Virus record (IMG/VR): IMGVR_UViG_3300048598_000482
Coordinates: 1 to 43,930 of that record
Strand: one strand, 5' to 3'
DNA length: 43,930 nucleotides
Origin: a virus
Lineage: Duplodnaviria > Caudoviricetes
Below the pieces are notes generated by a model that had not been told where the DNA came from, searched no databases, and saw only the letters and a program-made list of their open reading frames with translations. How positions within the stretch are numbered: position 1 is the stretch's first letter; the number at the start of each line of letters is the position of its first letter. Of this stretch, positions 1-8,849 are shown piece after piece. A program made the position numbers and the translations under genes.

Positions 1-1401
1 TTAGTGTAGCCAATCCACTAGCTTGTCTGCAATTATTGTGATGTACGGAAAAATTAAATCTTCATAGCTGTTTTGAGACACAAATATCACATCAGCAATT
101 TTACTAATATCTTTGATTTTCCTTGTAGAATCAGGATCATTATCAATTAGAACATAAACGGTTTTGCCAAATTTCTTGAAAATATTGATGTATTTTTCAA
201 ACTTGCCTTTCCCTCCAACCCGAACAATTTCAATATCATGTACACTAAAAATCTTCCCACAATGGTAAGAATAGATTGGGAAGGATTCATATTCAGAATC
301 ACCCTCAACAAGAAGAATAGTTGCGGACATTAATGCTGAAATAAACTCTTTCTTATTCGCTCTATGTATTTCCTTTAACTCTACTTTTTCTAGCTCTGTC
401 TGCAAATTAATTGCTTCTTTATGGGTGAAATTATTTATAGACTTATAATCAAAATGACTTATCGCATCGGGTGAGTGACTAGTGATAAATAGCTGACCGA
501 CGGCTAGGCTTTTATATTCTTCAATTATGTATCTTTGATATTTAGGTTCCAAATTCTGTTCCAACTCTTCAATAAAAACGATCGCAGATCCTTCAAGACG
601 TTTCTTCATAAGTAACAATAGAAAAAGGTTCTGTATTCCTTTTGATTGTCTTTCGAAACTAAATTTCGCATTACCAACAGATGTTCCAAGCTCATATCCA
701 GATGATGTCCATGACGAATCTGGGTTTTTTAGCAGCAGCTCAAATTTATCAATTAGATCGACTTCCCCAAGCATCTTTAAGGTATCAAGATACTCACTTA
801 TGACTTTTGACTGAGATAGTTCTTTTTCCGCAAAACGCACAAGCTCTTGAGAAATCCTCTCTAGTTCAGGACCTATTGCGCCTTTAGCCATTTTATAAAA
901 TGTGCTTCTCGTTTGAAGGCCAACTTCTTTAGTCGGTTGTCTGTTGGCATCGATAAGTATAAAATTTACAGCTTTTCTTTCCTGAACCTTACAGAAAGAG
1001 GGTTGCGTTTGCTGAAAAAATCGCCATTCCATTACTCGGTCAATTCCGCTTTCAAGCTGATAAATTAAAAAAGCCCTGCAGTTTTCGTATGCATCGTCAG
1101 GGATAAACTCATCATTTTCATTAACATGCTGCAAGTGCTCTGAGATGGCAATAGGTAATACATCGAAATCATCAAGCCAAATTCTAATTCTTATTTGCTT
1201 TGTTGTATCCCCCAAGTAGAAATCAGAAGGATCAAAATATGTTTCGAAATTATTGGTGGAAAAAACAAGTGAGATTGCCTCAGCAAGATTTGTTTTTCCA
1301 CATCCATTGTGGCCGAAGAGTAGATTTACACCTGAATTTGGCTTCCATGAAAACATCTCAAGGTTCCTGAAATTCTCGATCTCGATTTTATATATATACA
1401 T
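1..1401 (-). CDS. OLD-family ATP-dependent endonuclease (ABC-type ATPase + TOPRIM), GajA-like, probable anti-phage defence
   Basis: N-terminal IEIENFRNL and Walker A GHNGCGKT, signature-like QSKGIQ, Walker B FIEELEQNL, H-loop ITSHSP, TOPRIM LLVEGDSE and DND; markedly AT-rich relative to the prophage. Confidence 0.85.
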   Translation of the reverse strand: MYIYKIEIENFRNLEMFSWKPNSGVNLLFGHNGCGKTNLAEAISLVFSTNNFETYFDPSDFYLGDTTKQIRIRIWLDDFDVLPIAISEHLQHVNENDEFIPDDAYENCRAFLIYQLESGIDRVMEWRFFQQTQPSFCKVQERKAVNFILIDANRQPTKEVGLQTRSTFYKMAKGAIGPELERISQELVRFAEKELSQSKVISEYLDTLKMLGEVDLIDKFELLLKNPDSSWTSSGYELGTSVGNAKFSFERQSKGIQNLFLLLLMKKRLEGSAIVFIEELEQNLEPKYQRYIIEEYKSLAVGQLFITSHSPDAISHFDYKSINNFTHKEAINLQTELEKVELKEIHRANKKEFISALMSATILLVEGDSEYESFPIYSYHCGKIFSVHDIEIVRVGGKGKFEKYINIFKKFGKTVYVLIDNDPDSTRKIKDISKIADVIFVSQNSYEDLIFPYITIIADKLVDWLH

Positions 1402-1615
1402 TTAGTGCCTCCATCCCATTCTGGTCCTATACTAGCAGCCTTTAGTGTACATAGTTTATCCTTAACTGTCGTTTGTTATTTAACGAACATTCTCTAATAG
1501 TAATAGGTTTATGCTATCCAGCAATAGAAAAAGGAAGGATTTCGAATTAGGACGTGTACTAACTCACCATTTGTTCTATTGTAAAGCTCGGCTACGAGAA
1601 TCGTCAATGTCTGTT

Positions 1616-2986
1616 TTACTTGTTTGAAATAAGTATCCCATCTAGCACCTCCGCCGCCTTTTCATCCGCCGTCCTGATTGCATGGGAGTAGATGTTCGCA
1701 GTGGTCGACGTCTGTGCGTGTCCAGCCCTGTAGCTCACCGTCTTCAACGGAATTCCCGCCGCGAGCAGCAATGTAATGTTCGTATGCCGCAAGGAATGAA
1801 TCGAGATTCGCGGTAGATCAGTCCGCGAAATGAAATCGTGGAACCAACCCGTAATGCTGTCCGGGTGGACCGGTGTACCGTTGTCCTGCACAAAAATTCG
1901 GTCACTGTCAACCCAGCGATCACCCATCGCAATGCGTTTCTTGCGCTGCCATTTACGATGCTCCTTTAACAGTTCAAACGCCTGCTCCGGCAGTTTGATC
2001 GAGCGAACCGAGGAATCCGTCTTGGTGCCTTTTGTAAAGACGCCCTTCTCAGGCAAGTATTGCGATGTTCGGCATACCGTGATCATGCTGCTCTTGAAGT
2101 CGATATCTTTCCATTCAAGGCCGCAAAGTTCTCCGCGACGTACACCGCTGAGCAGGAAAAACCGAATCATCACCTGGTTTTGGTATGGTTCATTATCGAG
2201 TAAACGCAGAAGAGTCGCCGTCTGCTCTTCATCCAGGTATTTCGCTTCCTTGCGTTCGAACTTCGGCGGCTTGACACGACGCGTCGGATTGTCAGGAATT
2301 ACCTGCCAGAATACAGCCTGGTTAAGGATTGACGAAATTAGCCGGTGATGGTGGTTGATCGTCTTCCCTGCTAGCTGATGCACCGGCTTTGTCGATTCAA
2401 TGCCTTCCTCGAAGCAAACGCCAAGAATATCGCAGGCAGCCTGTGCAATGCGAATGTCAACACCCTGTCCCCGAATCAGGCGGTACATCGTGTTTACATG
2501 GCACTCCGCTTCATCCGCTAATGCCTGTCGCGTCATGCCAGATTTTTGAAACATAGAAAGCAAGCGGGGTGTCGCCTTAAACGACACGCCGCTTTGATTT
2601 TCCGTATTCTGCAGACTGGCGTAGAACGCCATCAGATGATGTGGCTGAAGCTTGTCCAGCCGGATATACCCGATCGCAGGGAGGATGCGCCTGAGCAGTT
2701 CCTCATATCGAACGAGCGTCTTAGGCGCGAGATTCGGTTCAGCGTAGTCGCGTTTCCAACGTTCGACGAATTCCGCAAACGTCACATGTCCATCCAGCAC
2801 CTGACCCGTGCGCACCCTGCGTTCGAACAGCACCGCTTGTGTGTTCAGCGCTTCTTTAATCTGCCGTTTCGTCATGCCGGGATCGGGTCTCCATGTCATG
2901 GTTTTGCGTTTTTGCCGTCCATTGAGGCCGTACCCCTCGCTGACCATGATCATGTAGCCGCCGTTTCGTTCTAGTATAGTTGCCAC
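1616..2986 (-). CDS. int: Tyrosine integrase with an internal XRE-like HTH insertion
   Basis: GTG start with GGGAGG RBS; catalytic motifs GVRRGE, HSLRH, RAGHA, NIYSH; N-terminal arm-binding-like region. Confidence 0.92.
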   Translation of the reverse strand: MATILERNGGYMIMVSEGYGLNGRQKRKTMTWRPDPGMTKRQIKEALNTQAVLFERRVRTGQVLDGHVTFAEFVERWKRDYAEPNLAPKTLVRYEELLRRILPAIGYIRLDKLQPHHLMAFYASLQNTENQSGVSFKATPRLLSMFQKSGMTRQALADEAECHVNTMYRLIRGQGVDIRIAQAACDILGVCFEEGIESTKPVHQLAGKTINHHHRLISSILNQAVFWQVIPDNPTRRVKPPKFERKEAKYLDEEQTATLLRLLDNEPYQNQVMIRFFLLSGVRRGELCGLEWKDIDFKSSMITVCRTSQYLPEKGVFTKGTKTDSSVRSIKLPEQAFELLKEHRKWQRKKRIAMGDRWVDSDRIFVQDNGTPVHPDSITGWFHDFISRTDLPRISIHSLRHTNITLLLAAGIPLKTVSYRAGHAQTSTTANIYSHAIRTADEKAAEVLDGILISNK

Positions 2987-3007
2987 TTTGCATCCTCCCT
3001 TCGTTTC

Positions 3008-3046
3008 GTAGTCTGTATGTTCGCTCTAGTCGAACCGACTATCAAG
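3008..3046 (-). promoter_or_regulatory. Promoter-like motif CTTGATA-N12-AGAG-N11-ACTAC upstream of int, containing the inverted repeat TAGTCG-aac-CGACTA
   Basis: Same motif at 29342-29379; its 5' 20 bp recur exactly at 7753-7772. Confidence 0.55.
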
Positions 3047-3139
3047 GAGATCGTCCGAAAACATGCAATAAAAGCTTAAATAGTTTTCATTACAGATCGT
3101 TTATCTCTGACAATCGATAGAAATTGACATTGGGGCAAT

Positions 3140-3159
3140 AAAAAAAGCCTGGTTTAGGC
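3140..3159 (-). terminator. Probable intrinsic terminator at the transposase stop
   Basis: Minus strand GCCT-aaacc-AGGC followed by T7; the stem is short. Confidence 0.45.
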
Positions 3160-4938
3160 CATGATCTCATCCATTACTCTCTTTGTTCCGAGCAGATTGA
3201 TCGCTCTTCGAAAATCATATGCAAGGAACGAAAGCCCTGTTTCAGCGGCTACTTTTAGCCTTCCCTTCGTCAGCAAGTAACCCGCTCCGTGCCATCTCTT
3301 TACCGTCCCATATGGATGTTCAACCACAGTATTTCGCTTCCGCAAATGTTGCTGGTTTGGATAGAAACGTATTATCACCCATTCGGTCCAGGAGCTTTCG
3401 CCTTCATCAAGCTTAATGGGCTTGAAGCTATGATTTGCCCTCCGGAATATCCTGCCTTTTCGGGCTTTGTCATAAAAGGACTCATCTTTTCGGATTTCGC
3501 CTTCTTTAAATGAAATCAGCCGCTTTTTCGCCAATGTACACTTATTCTGGCATTTGGCGCATACTGACAATCGATGGTATCTGCGAATAGAGGGATCTTT
3601 CTTTCCATTTGGCTGACCTGGTCCGGCATAAAACAAAGTTTGCCCCATCGGGCAGATCACAATATCCTTAATGACGTCACGTTCAAAATACGGTTTTATG
3701 GGCGCTTCTCTTTTAACATCTAAATTTTCTTGCTCTAATCCACCCTTAGCCTTCATCTCTGTATAAGACACCAGTTCCCCGGTTTCTTTGTCCAGATATA
3801 GCCCTGTCCCTGCCTCTCGTCTTTTAAAAGTCTCCATTTCAATATCGTCACGCTGAAACACCGTAGGCAGCACTCCGGCTGAAATGCATCGCTTTAGCGT
3901 TTCTTTGTCTTTGGCTGCAAGCATTTCCTCTGTTATTTCCGCATCAATCTTTTGAAATCTGAAAATCCTGCTCTTTTCCCCTTTGTTAGGGTGCGTAGTA
4001 GGTGTATCTCCGTTTAACAGGCATTCCAAAATTTCATCGCTGTTACTGTAGCCTCTGTCCGCAATCCCTTCAAGGTTCTCAACTTCCAACGTGGTTTTTG
4101 CTCCGTTTATCCCTGCCTCAAGCAGATTCCAGTCAACACATTCATTCGTAACGTCATAATGAACAATAAGATGATTTTTCGATTCTACTGCCGTTTGTAC
4201 ATTATAACAAGGACGAAGCCCATCTCTCGATTTCATAACCCGGCATTCAGGATCTGTAGTGCAGATATGGTTCTCCCCGCTGCTTTCCATCTGCGCTAAC
4301 GCTTCTGTCAGCTGCGCTTTTCTACGCTCCAAATAATCCAACACCCCAGTGATGTCTTCTTTTGTCAGCGCTCCCGCCTTTGATTCAGCGCTATCAATTT
4401 CATCCAGTTCTTTCATGTATTGATTGATCTTCTCCTCAACATCCAGAAGAACTTTCGTCGCATTGCTGCTGACATAGCTCTTGTTATCCGCGTTTACGGC
4501 ACGAAACTTTGAGCCGTCAATCACCACTGATTCATGTGAAAGCAGTCCCGCCGCATTACATAGCTTCACAAATGCCTTAAATACTTCTTTTATTGCCTTC
4601 GCGTTGTCTTTCCTGAAGTCAGCAATGCAACGAAAGTCTGGCGCTATTTTTTTGAGCAACCACATCAATTCCACATTCCTCGCGGCCTCCTTCTGGAGGC
4701 GCCTGGAGGAACGAATGTGATTCAAATATCCATACATATACAACTTCAACATGTCACACGGATCATAACCTGGCCGACCTTCCTTCGCCGGCTCCGCTTT
4801 AAACCCCATAGCGCCCACATCTAGTGAGCCTATAAACGCATCGATTGCGCGTACTTCATTGTCCGCATCAACATAGTCATCGAGAGTGTCGGGAAGTAGG
4901 ATTGTCTGATTACGATCAGCTCCTTGTATATATCCCAT
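3154..4938 (-). CDS. IS1182-family DDE transposase
   Basis: GRPGYDP..MLKLYMYGY..SSRRL (DUF772-like), IDGSKFRA, TDPECRVM, ADRGY, RNTVVEHPYGTVK. Confidence 0.93.
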   Translation of the reverse strand: MGYIQGADRNQTILLPDTLDDYVDADNEVRAIDAFIGSLDVGAMGFKAEPAKEGRPGYDPCDMLKLYMYGYLNHIRSSRRLQKEAARNVELMWLLKKIAPDFRCIADFRKDNAKAIKEVFKAFVKLCNAAGLLSHESVVIDGSKFRAVNADNKSYVSSNATKVLLDVEEKINQYMKELDEIDSAESKAGALTKEDITGVLDYLERRKAQLTEALAQMESSGENHICTTDPECRVMKSRDGLRPCYNVQTAVESKNHLIVHYDVTNECVDWNLLEAGINGAKTTLEVENLEGIADRGYSNSDEILECLLNGDTPTTHPNKGEKSRIFRFQKIDAEITEEMLAAKDKETLKRCISAGVLPTVFQRDDIEMETFKRREAGTGLYLDKETGELVSYTEMKAKGGLEQENLDVKREAPIKPYFERDVIKDIVICPMGQTLFYAGPGQPNGKKDPSIRRYHRLSVCAKCQNKCTLAKKRLISFKEGEIRKDESFYDKARKGRIFRRANHSFKPIKLDEGESSWTEWVIIRFYPNQQHLRKRNTVVEHPYGTVKRWHGAGYLLTKGRLKVAAETGLSFLAYDFRRAINLLGTKRVMDEIMA

Positions 4939-5061
4939 TCAAGCACCCTCCGTTGTGGTTCTTATATGTTAATTATACCACATATCGCGCTCTTATACCA
5001 GATTCCCCTGTAGTTTTCGGACAGTCTGCAAGTATTACTTTTGATGTTTACCGAAGAAATA

Positions 5062-5286
5062 TCAGCCGTTACCCCGAGCAACTTTTCTCAGGTGCTCAAT
5101 GAGTAAATCAACATCGACCAGATATTTCTTGCCGCACTTCATGCGCGGTATTGCGCCCGAAACAATCAGGCAGCGCACATAGTTGGCAGTAAACGCGGTT
5201 TCTGGATCCGCTTCTTTAATGCACGCGTACGCTTCCGTCAATGTTCTCATCCGCGGCAAACGGAGAACCGCTCCATGTTCCTCCAT
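5062..5286 (-). CDS. xis: Excisionase-like HTH protein, copy 1
   Basis: 74 aa, MRTLTEAY...YVRCLIVSGAIPRMKCGKKYLVDVD winged-helix pattern; lies upstream of int. Confidence 0.72.
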   Translation of the reverse strand: MEEHGAVLRLPRMRTLTEAYACIKEADPETAFTANYVRCLIVSGAIPRMKCGKKYLVDVDLLIEHLRKVARGNG

Positions 5287-5289
5287 GGA

Positions 5290-5775
5290 CTAATCCTCCT
5301 TCATTTGACCGATTAGGTGCTCCGCCGTACCGGTGATCAGCGCAGAGATATCGACCTGCGCGGCAGTCAGCACGTCCATCGCAGATGCAGAAAGTTTCGC
5401 CGTAGTCTTGTCATAGAGCAATTGACCGAGTTGTGCGATCTCTTCCTTGGTCAGCTTGCCGTCCGTGTGCGCGGCCTTCATGCCGTCTACAACCGTCTGC
5501 TTCAATTCGCCGACCGTGATCTGGGCAAGTTTGATCAGCTCTTGCTGCGCGCGGTTCACAGTGTCCAGCTGCGTCGCCTTACCGAGCTTTGCGGTAAGCC
5601 AAGCTCCAAACACGCCGATCAGTGCAATAAAAAACGCCGCGGCGATGTTCACGGCGTTCTCAATCAGTATCTCAGCGACGGTTGCGTCTACGGTTCCGCC
5701 AGTATCCGCCAGCGCGAAGGCGGGCAGCGTGAGCATCAGCAATGCGATCAGTATGATTACCAGTTTCTTTTTCAT
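5290..5775 (-). CDS. Holin-like membrane protein (LL-H-like) with N-terminal signal-like segment, copy 1
   Basis: Start reassigned to MKKKLV with AGGAG RBS; two hydrophobic segments; lysis module position. Confidence 0.6.
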   Translation of the reverse strand: MKKKLVIILIALLMLTLPAFALADTGGTVDATVAEILIENAVNIAAAFFIALIGVFGAWLTAKLGKATQLDTVNRAQQELIKLAQITVGELKQTVVDGMKAAHTDGKLTKEEIAQLGQLLYDKTTAKLSASAMDVLTAAQVDISALITGTAEHLIGQMKED

Positions 5776-5791
5776 GTTCTTTCTCCTTCTT

Positions 5792-6094
5792 TTATATTGA
5801 TGTAGCCTGCTCCGAGGCAAGCTCGTGGACAAAATCTTCATATTCTTCTTGCGCGGTTTTCGCTTTGTCGCGCGCGGTCTTCATCTCGCCATTGGTTTCA
5901 CCGCGTTCAACCGCGATACAGGTCGCAAGCGAAAGCGACAGGCTCGCATCCTGCATCTTCATGGCGAGCTTCGATTCCTTTGCGCGAATAGCGGCGCGTT
6001 TCTCCATCTGTTTTCGATCGCGCGTCATTCGCACTTGTAGCCATACGACTAGCAAGGCGAACACTCCCGATATGATTTCACCGATGTATTCCAT
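5792..6094 (-). CDS. Small single-TM lysis-module protein (holin-like), copy 1
   Basis: N-terminal TM IISGVFALLVVWL; AVERGETNGEM motif; GGAGAGG RBS. Confidence 0.55.
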   Translation of the reverse strand: MEYIGEIISGVFALLVVWLQVRMTRDRKQMEKRAAIRAKESKLAMKMQDASLSLSLATCIAVERGETNGEMKTARDKAKTAQEEYEDFVHELASEQATSI

Positions 6095-6111
6095 ATCCGT
6101 ACCTCTCCGTT

Positions 6112-6864
6112 TCATTTATATAGAAGCTTGCAGCGGCCGCACTTATGCCAATAGCCGCTGCCGCCATGATTGATTCCTTCCACTACAACGCCAACATCGC
6201 GGCCTTTTGCATGGATGACCATGCCGCGGCCGAGATAAAGGCCAACATGCGTTTCGTCATTAGCATTCGTGGTGCTGTTTCGGAACAAAAAGTCACCAGC
6301 AATCAGCTCATTTCGCGCAACGGCGTCACACAGCGCCCAGAGCCCATCGCAATTCTTACGATCGTCCCAAATGCCAGCCTCACGCATGAGCCAGGAAAGA
6401 AAGCCAGAACAATCATGCGCCATGAGGTCGGCGAATCCAGCTTTGTACTGGCTCTCGCGGAAGGTGATCGCGCGTGCGAATTCCTCATCCATTGCTCTGA
6501 TCTTCGTGTCGGAAAGATCGGTTAGCGCGGATGCGCCCCAGACATAGAGATCGCCGATACGGGTTAGCGCCAGCGCGCAGATCGCCTTTGACTTGTCCGA
6601 TACCGTATCTTTCTTGACCGGCTCCGTTTCCGTAATTGTGCCGTCAATCAGAGCCGCCCACGTTTCCTTCCCGATCACTCCATCGACGGCCAGTGCGGCT
6701 TGGGCCTGGAATCGCTTCACAGCCTCCAGCGTGTCTGCGCCGAACGTTTTCCTGGTCACCGTCGTGATGTGATCGCCATAGAAACCTAGTTCCAAGAGCT
6801 TTTGCTTACAAAAAAGCACGTCCTCGCCGGACGTGCCCTTCTTCAAATTGTGTGTAAATTCCAT
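6112..6864 (-). CDS. Endolysin: PG_binding_1 + NlpC/P60 peptidase, copy 1
   Basis: LKKGTSGEDV..FGADTLEAVKRFQ..DGVIGKETW; YVWG, DCSG, HVGLYLG, IHA; start at MEF with TAAGGAG RBS. Confidence 0.88.
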   Translation of the reverse strand: MEFTHNLKKGTSGEDVLFCKQKLLELGFYGDHITTVTRKTFGADTLEAVKRFQAQAALAVDGVIGKETWAALIDGTITETEPVKKDTVSDKSKAICALALTRIGDLYVWGASALTDLSDTKIRAMDEEFARAITFRESQYKAGFADLMAHDCSGFLSWLMREAGIWDDRKNCDGLWALCDAVARNELIAGDFLFRNSTTNANDETHVGLYLGRGMVIHAKGRDVGVVVEGINHGGSGYWHKCGRCKLLYK

Positions 6865-6878
6865 ATTCTTTTTTCTCC

Positions 6879-7754
6879 TTATGCCGTTCTTTTCCAGAAG
6901 TAGCATGTGATATAGGGTTGCAGGTTGTTATGCGCCGAACCACTGCCGTTATATCCGACAGATCCGGACACTGAGCCAGTATGATCGTGCGAGCCCCCGG
7001 AACCAGTCGTTTGTCCGCTCGTGCTCCCACCGTTGGTCATATAGTAATAAGTAGAAGCTGACCCGCTTCCAACCTTATACGATCCCGACGATGCCTGATG
7101 GGTATGCGAGCCATTCGCGTTGATCGTCACGGAGCCGCTAAATGAGTGATTGTGCGATGGCAACTCCGCCGTCACCAGTGCATGCATGTTCGCGCCGCCT
7201 GTCTTCTCCACGGCGTTAAAGTTGGTGTCCGAGGTATTCACACCCACCGGTACTCGCCCCATTCCCCAACGAACCCATGTTCCTCCGAGGAACGTGCTCT
7301 CATCTGCGGCGGAAACCGTCATGCGGATGCTACCGACCGGAAAGATCAAGTTCGCCAGCCACAAGACGCTGGAAAACGTTACTGTATCATAAAACTGCAC
7401 ATTTTCACGAAACCGCGCCGGCCAACCAACATCAAAGCTGTCTTCCTCCGCAACTTTACCGACAGCCAATCCCATACCGGTGCTGCGCACAGAAAGAATT
7501 ACCTCCGCCGAGCTAAGATCGATATACCCATACGCTTCACCGAAATAGTCACCGAGCGTGACACGGATATCGTAGGTGTATTGGTTTGAAAGGCTGCCCC
7601 CGATACGATAATTGCCGTTGACAGTATACGTGGGTAGCGTGAACGTCGTATCCGTGTAATATGCCTCGCTCTTGCGCTTATACCCAATCTTGAGTGCGCG
7701 GGTGTTTTTGTTATTTACAGTGGATATCGCACCAGTCACCGCTACCATGGCATA
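6879..7754 (-). pseudogene. 5'-truncated tail-fibre gene copy (open frame for the C-terminal 289 aa)
   Basis: Matches the C-terminal part of 9617-11695; starts at an internal Met without an RBS; upstream sequence is the int upstream motif. Confidence 0.85.
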
Positions 7755-7801
7755 GTCGAACCGACTATCAAGTCATATCTTTGATGTTTACCGAAGAAAT
7801 A

Positions 7802-8026
7802 TCAGGCGTTTCCCTGAGCAACTTTTCTCAAGTGCTCAATGAGCAAATCAACGTCAACCAGATACTTCTTGCCGCACTTCATTCGCGGTATTGTGCCCGT
7901 AACAATCAGACAGCGCACATAGTTGGCGGTAAACGCGGTCTCTGGATCCGCTTCCTTGATGCACGCATACGCTTCCGTCAACGTTCTCATACGCGGCAAG
8001 CGGAGAACCGCTCCATGTTCCTCCAT
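7802..8026 (-). CDS. xis: Excisionase-like HTH protein, copy 2
   Basis: 4 aa differences from 5062-5286. Confidence 0.72.
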   Translation of the reverse strand: MEEHGAVLRLPRMRTLTEAYACIKEADPETAFTANYVRCLIVTGTIPRMKCGKKYLVDVDLLIEHLRKVAQGNA

Positions 8027-8029
8027 GGA

Positions 8030-8509
8030 TTAATCCTCCTTCATCTGCCCGATCAGATGTTCCGCTGTGCCCGTAATTAGCGCGGAAATATCAACCTGCG
8101 CAGCCGTCAGCACGTCCATCGCGGATGCGGAGAGTTTTGCGGCGGTCTTCTCAAAAAGCAGTTGACCGAGCTGCGCGATCTCTTCCTTCGTCAATTTTCC
8201 ATCAGTGTGTGCTGCCTTCATGCCATCCACGACAGTCTGCTTCAGTTCGCCGACCGTGATCTGTGCCAGCTTGATCAGCTCCTGCTGCGCGCGGTTCACG
8301 GTATCCAGCTGCGTCGCCTTGCCAAGTTTCGCGGTCAGCCACGCGCCGACCACGCCGATCAGCGCAATAAAAAACGCCGCGGCGATGTTCACGGCGTTCT
8401 CGATCAGGATGTCGAGCGCGTTTGCAGATCCACCCGTATCCGCCAGCGCGGCGACGGGCAGCGCGAGCATAAGAAGAGCGATAAGAACCAGAATCAGTTT
8501 CTTTTTCAT
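8030..8509 (-). CDS. Holin-like membrane protein, copy 2
   Basis: Paralogue of 5290-5775 with a 2-aa indel. Confidence 0.6.
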   Translation of the reverse strand: MKKKLILVLIALLMLALPVAALADTGGSANALDILIENAVNIAAAFFIALIGVVGAWLTAKLGKATQLDTVNRAQQELIKLAQITVGELKQTVVDGMKAAHTDGKLTKEEIAQLGQLLFEKTAAKLSASAMDVLTAAQVDISALITGTAEHLIGQMKED

Positions 8510-8528
8510 GTTTTGTTTTCTCCTTCTT

Positions 8529-8831
8529 TTATATAGATGTAGCCTGCTCCGATGCAAGCTCATGGACAAAATCTTCGTATTCCTCTTGCGCGGTCTTCGC
8601 TTTATCGCGCGCCGTCTTCATCTCACCATTCGTTTCGCCACGCTCTACGGCGATACAGGTTGCAAGCGAAAGCGACAGACTCGCATCTTGCATCTTCATG
8701 GCGAGCTTCGATTCCTTTGCGCGAATCGCAGCACGCTTCTCCGTTTGTTTTCGGTCTCGCGTCATTCGCACTTGCAGCCAAACGACCAGCAGCGCGAACA
8801 CACCCGATATGATTTCACTTAGATAGTTCAA
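8529..8831 (-). CDS. Small single-TM lysis-module protein, copy 2
   Basis: Paralogue of 5792-6094; GGAGG RBS. Confidence 0.55.
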   Translation of the reverse strand: MNYLSEIISGVFALLVVWLQVRMTRDRKQTEKRAAIRAKESKLAMKMQDASLSLSLATCIAVERGETNGEMKTARDKAKTAQEEYEDFVHELASEQATSI

Positions 8832-8849
8832 ATTGCATTCCTCCGTTTC

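Larger units (their letters stand above)
3047..5028 (-). mobile_element. IS1182-family insertion sequence
   Basis: Imperfect TIRs GAGATCGTCCGAAAAC (3047-3062) and GTTTTCGGACAGTCTG (5013-5028); CAAG direct repeats at 3043-3046 and 5029-5032; the empty site is visible at 7769-7772. Confidence 0.92.
5029..7754. repeat. Diverged direct repeat copy 1 (xis, holins, endolysin, tail-fibre 3' half); before IS insertion it extended to 3027
   Basis: Collinear with 7769-10492 at an offset of about 2738-2740 bp; many synonymous differences. Confidence 0.95.

Noticed and set aside
1402-1615. att site or tRNA target next to the integrase
   Set aside because: No tRNA-like sequence and no matching direct repeat found within the window; the other prophage end is probably outside it.
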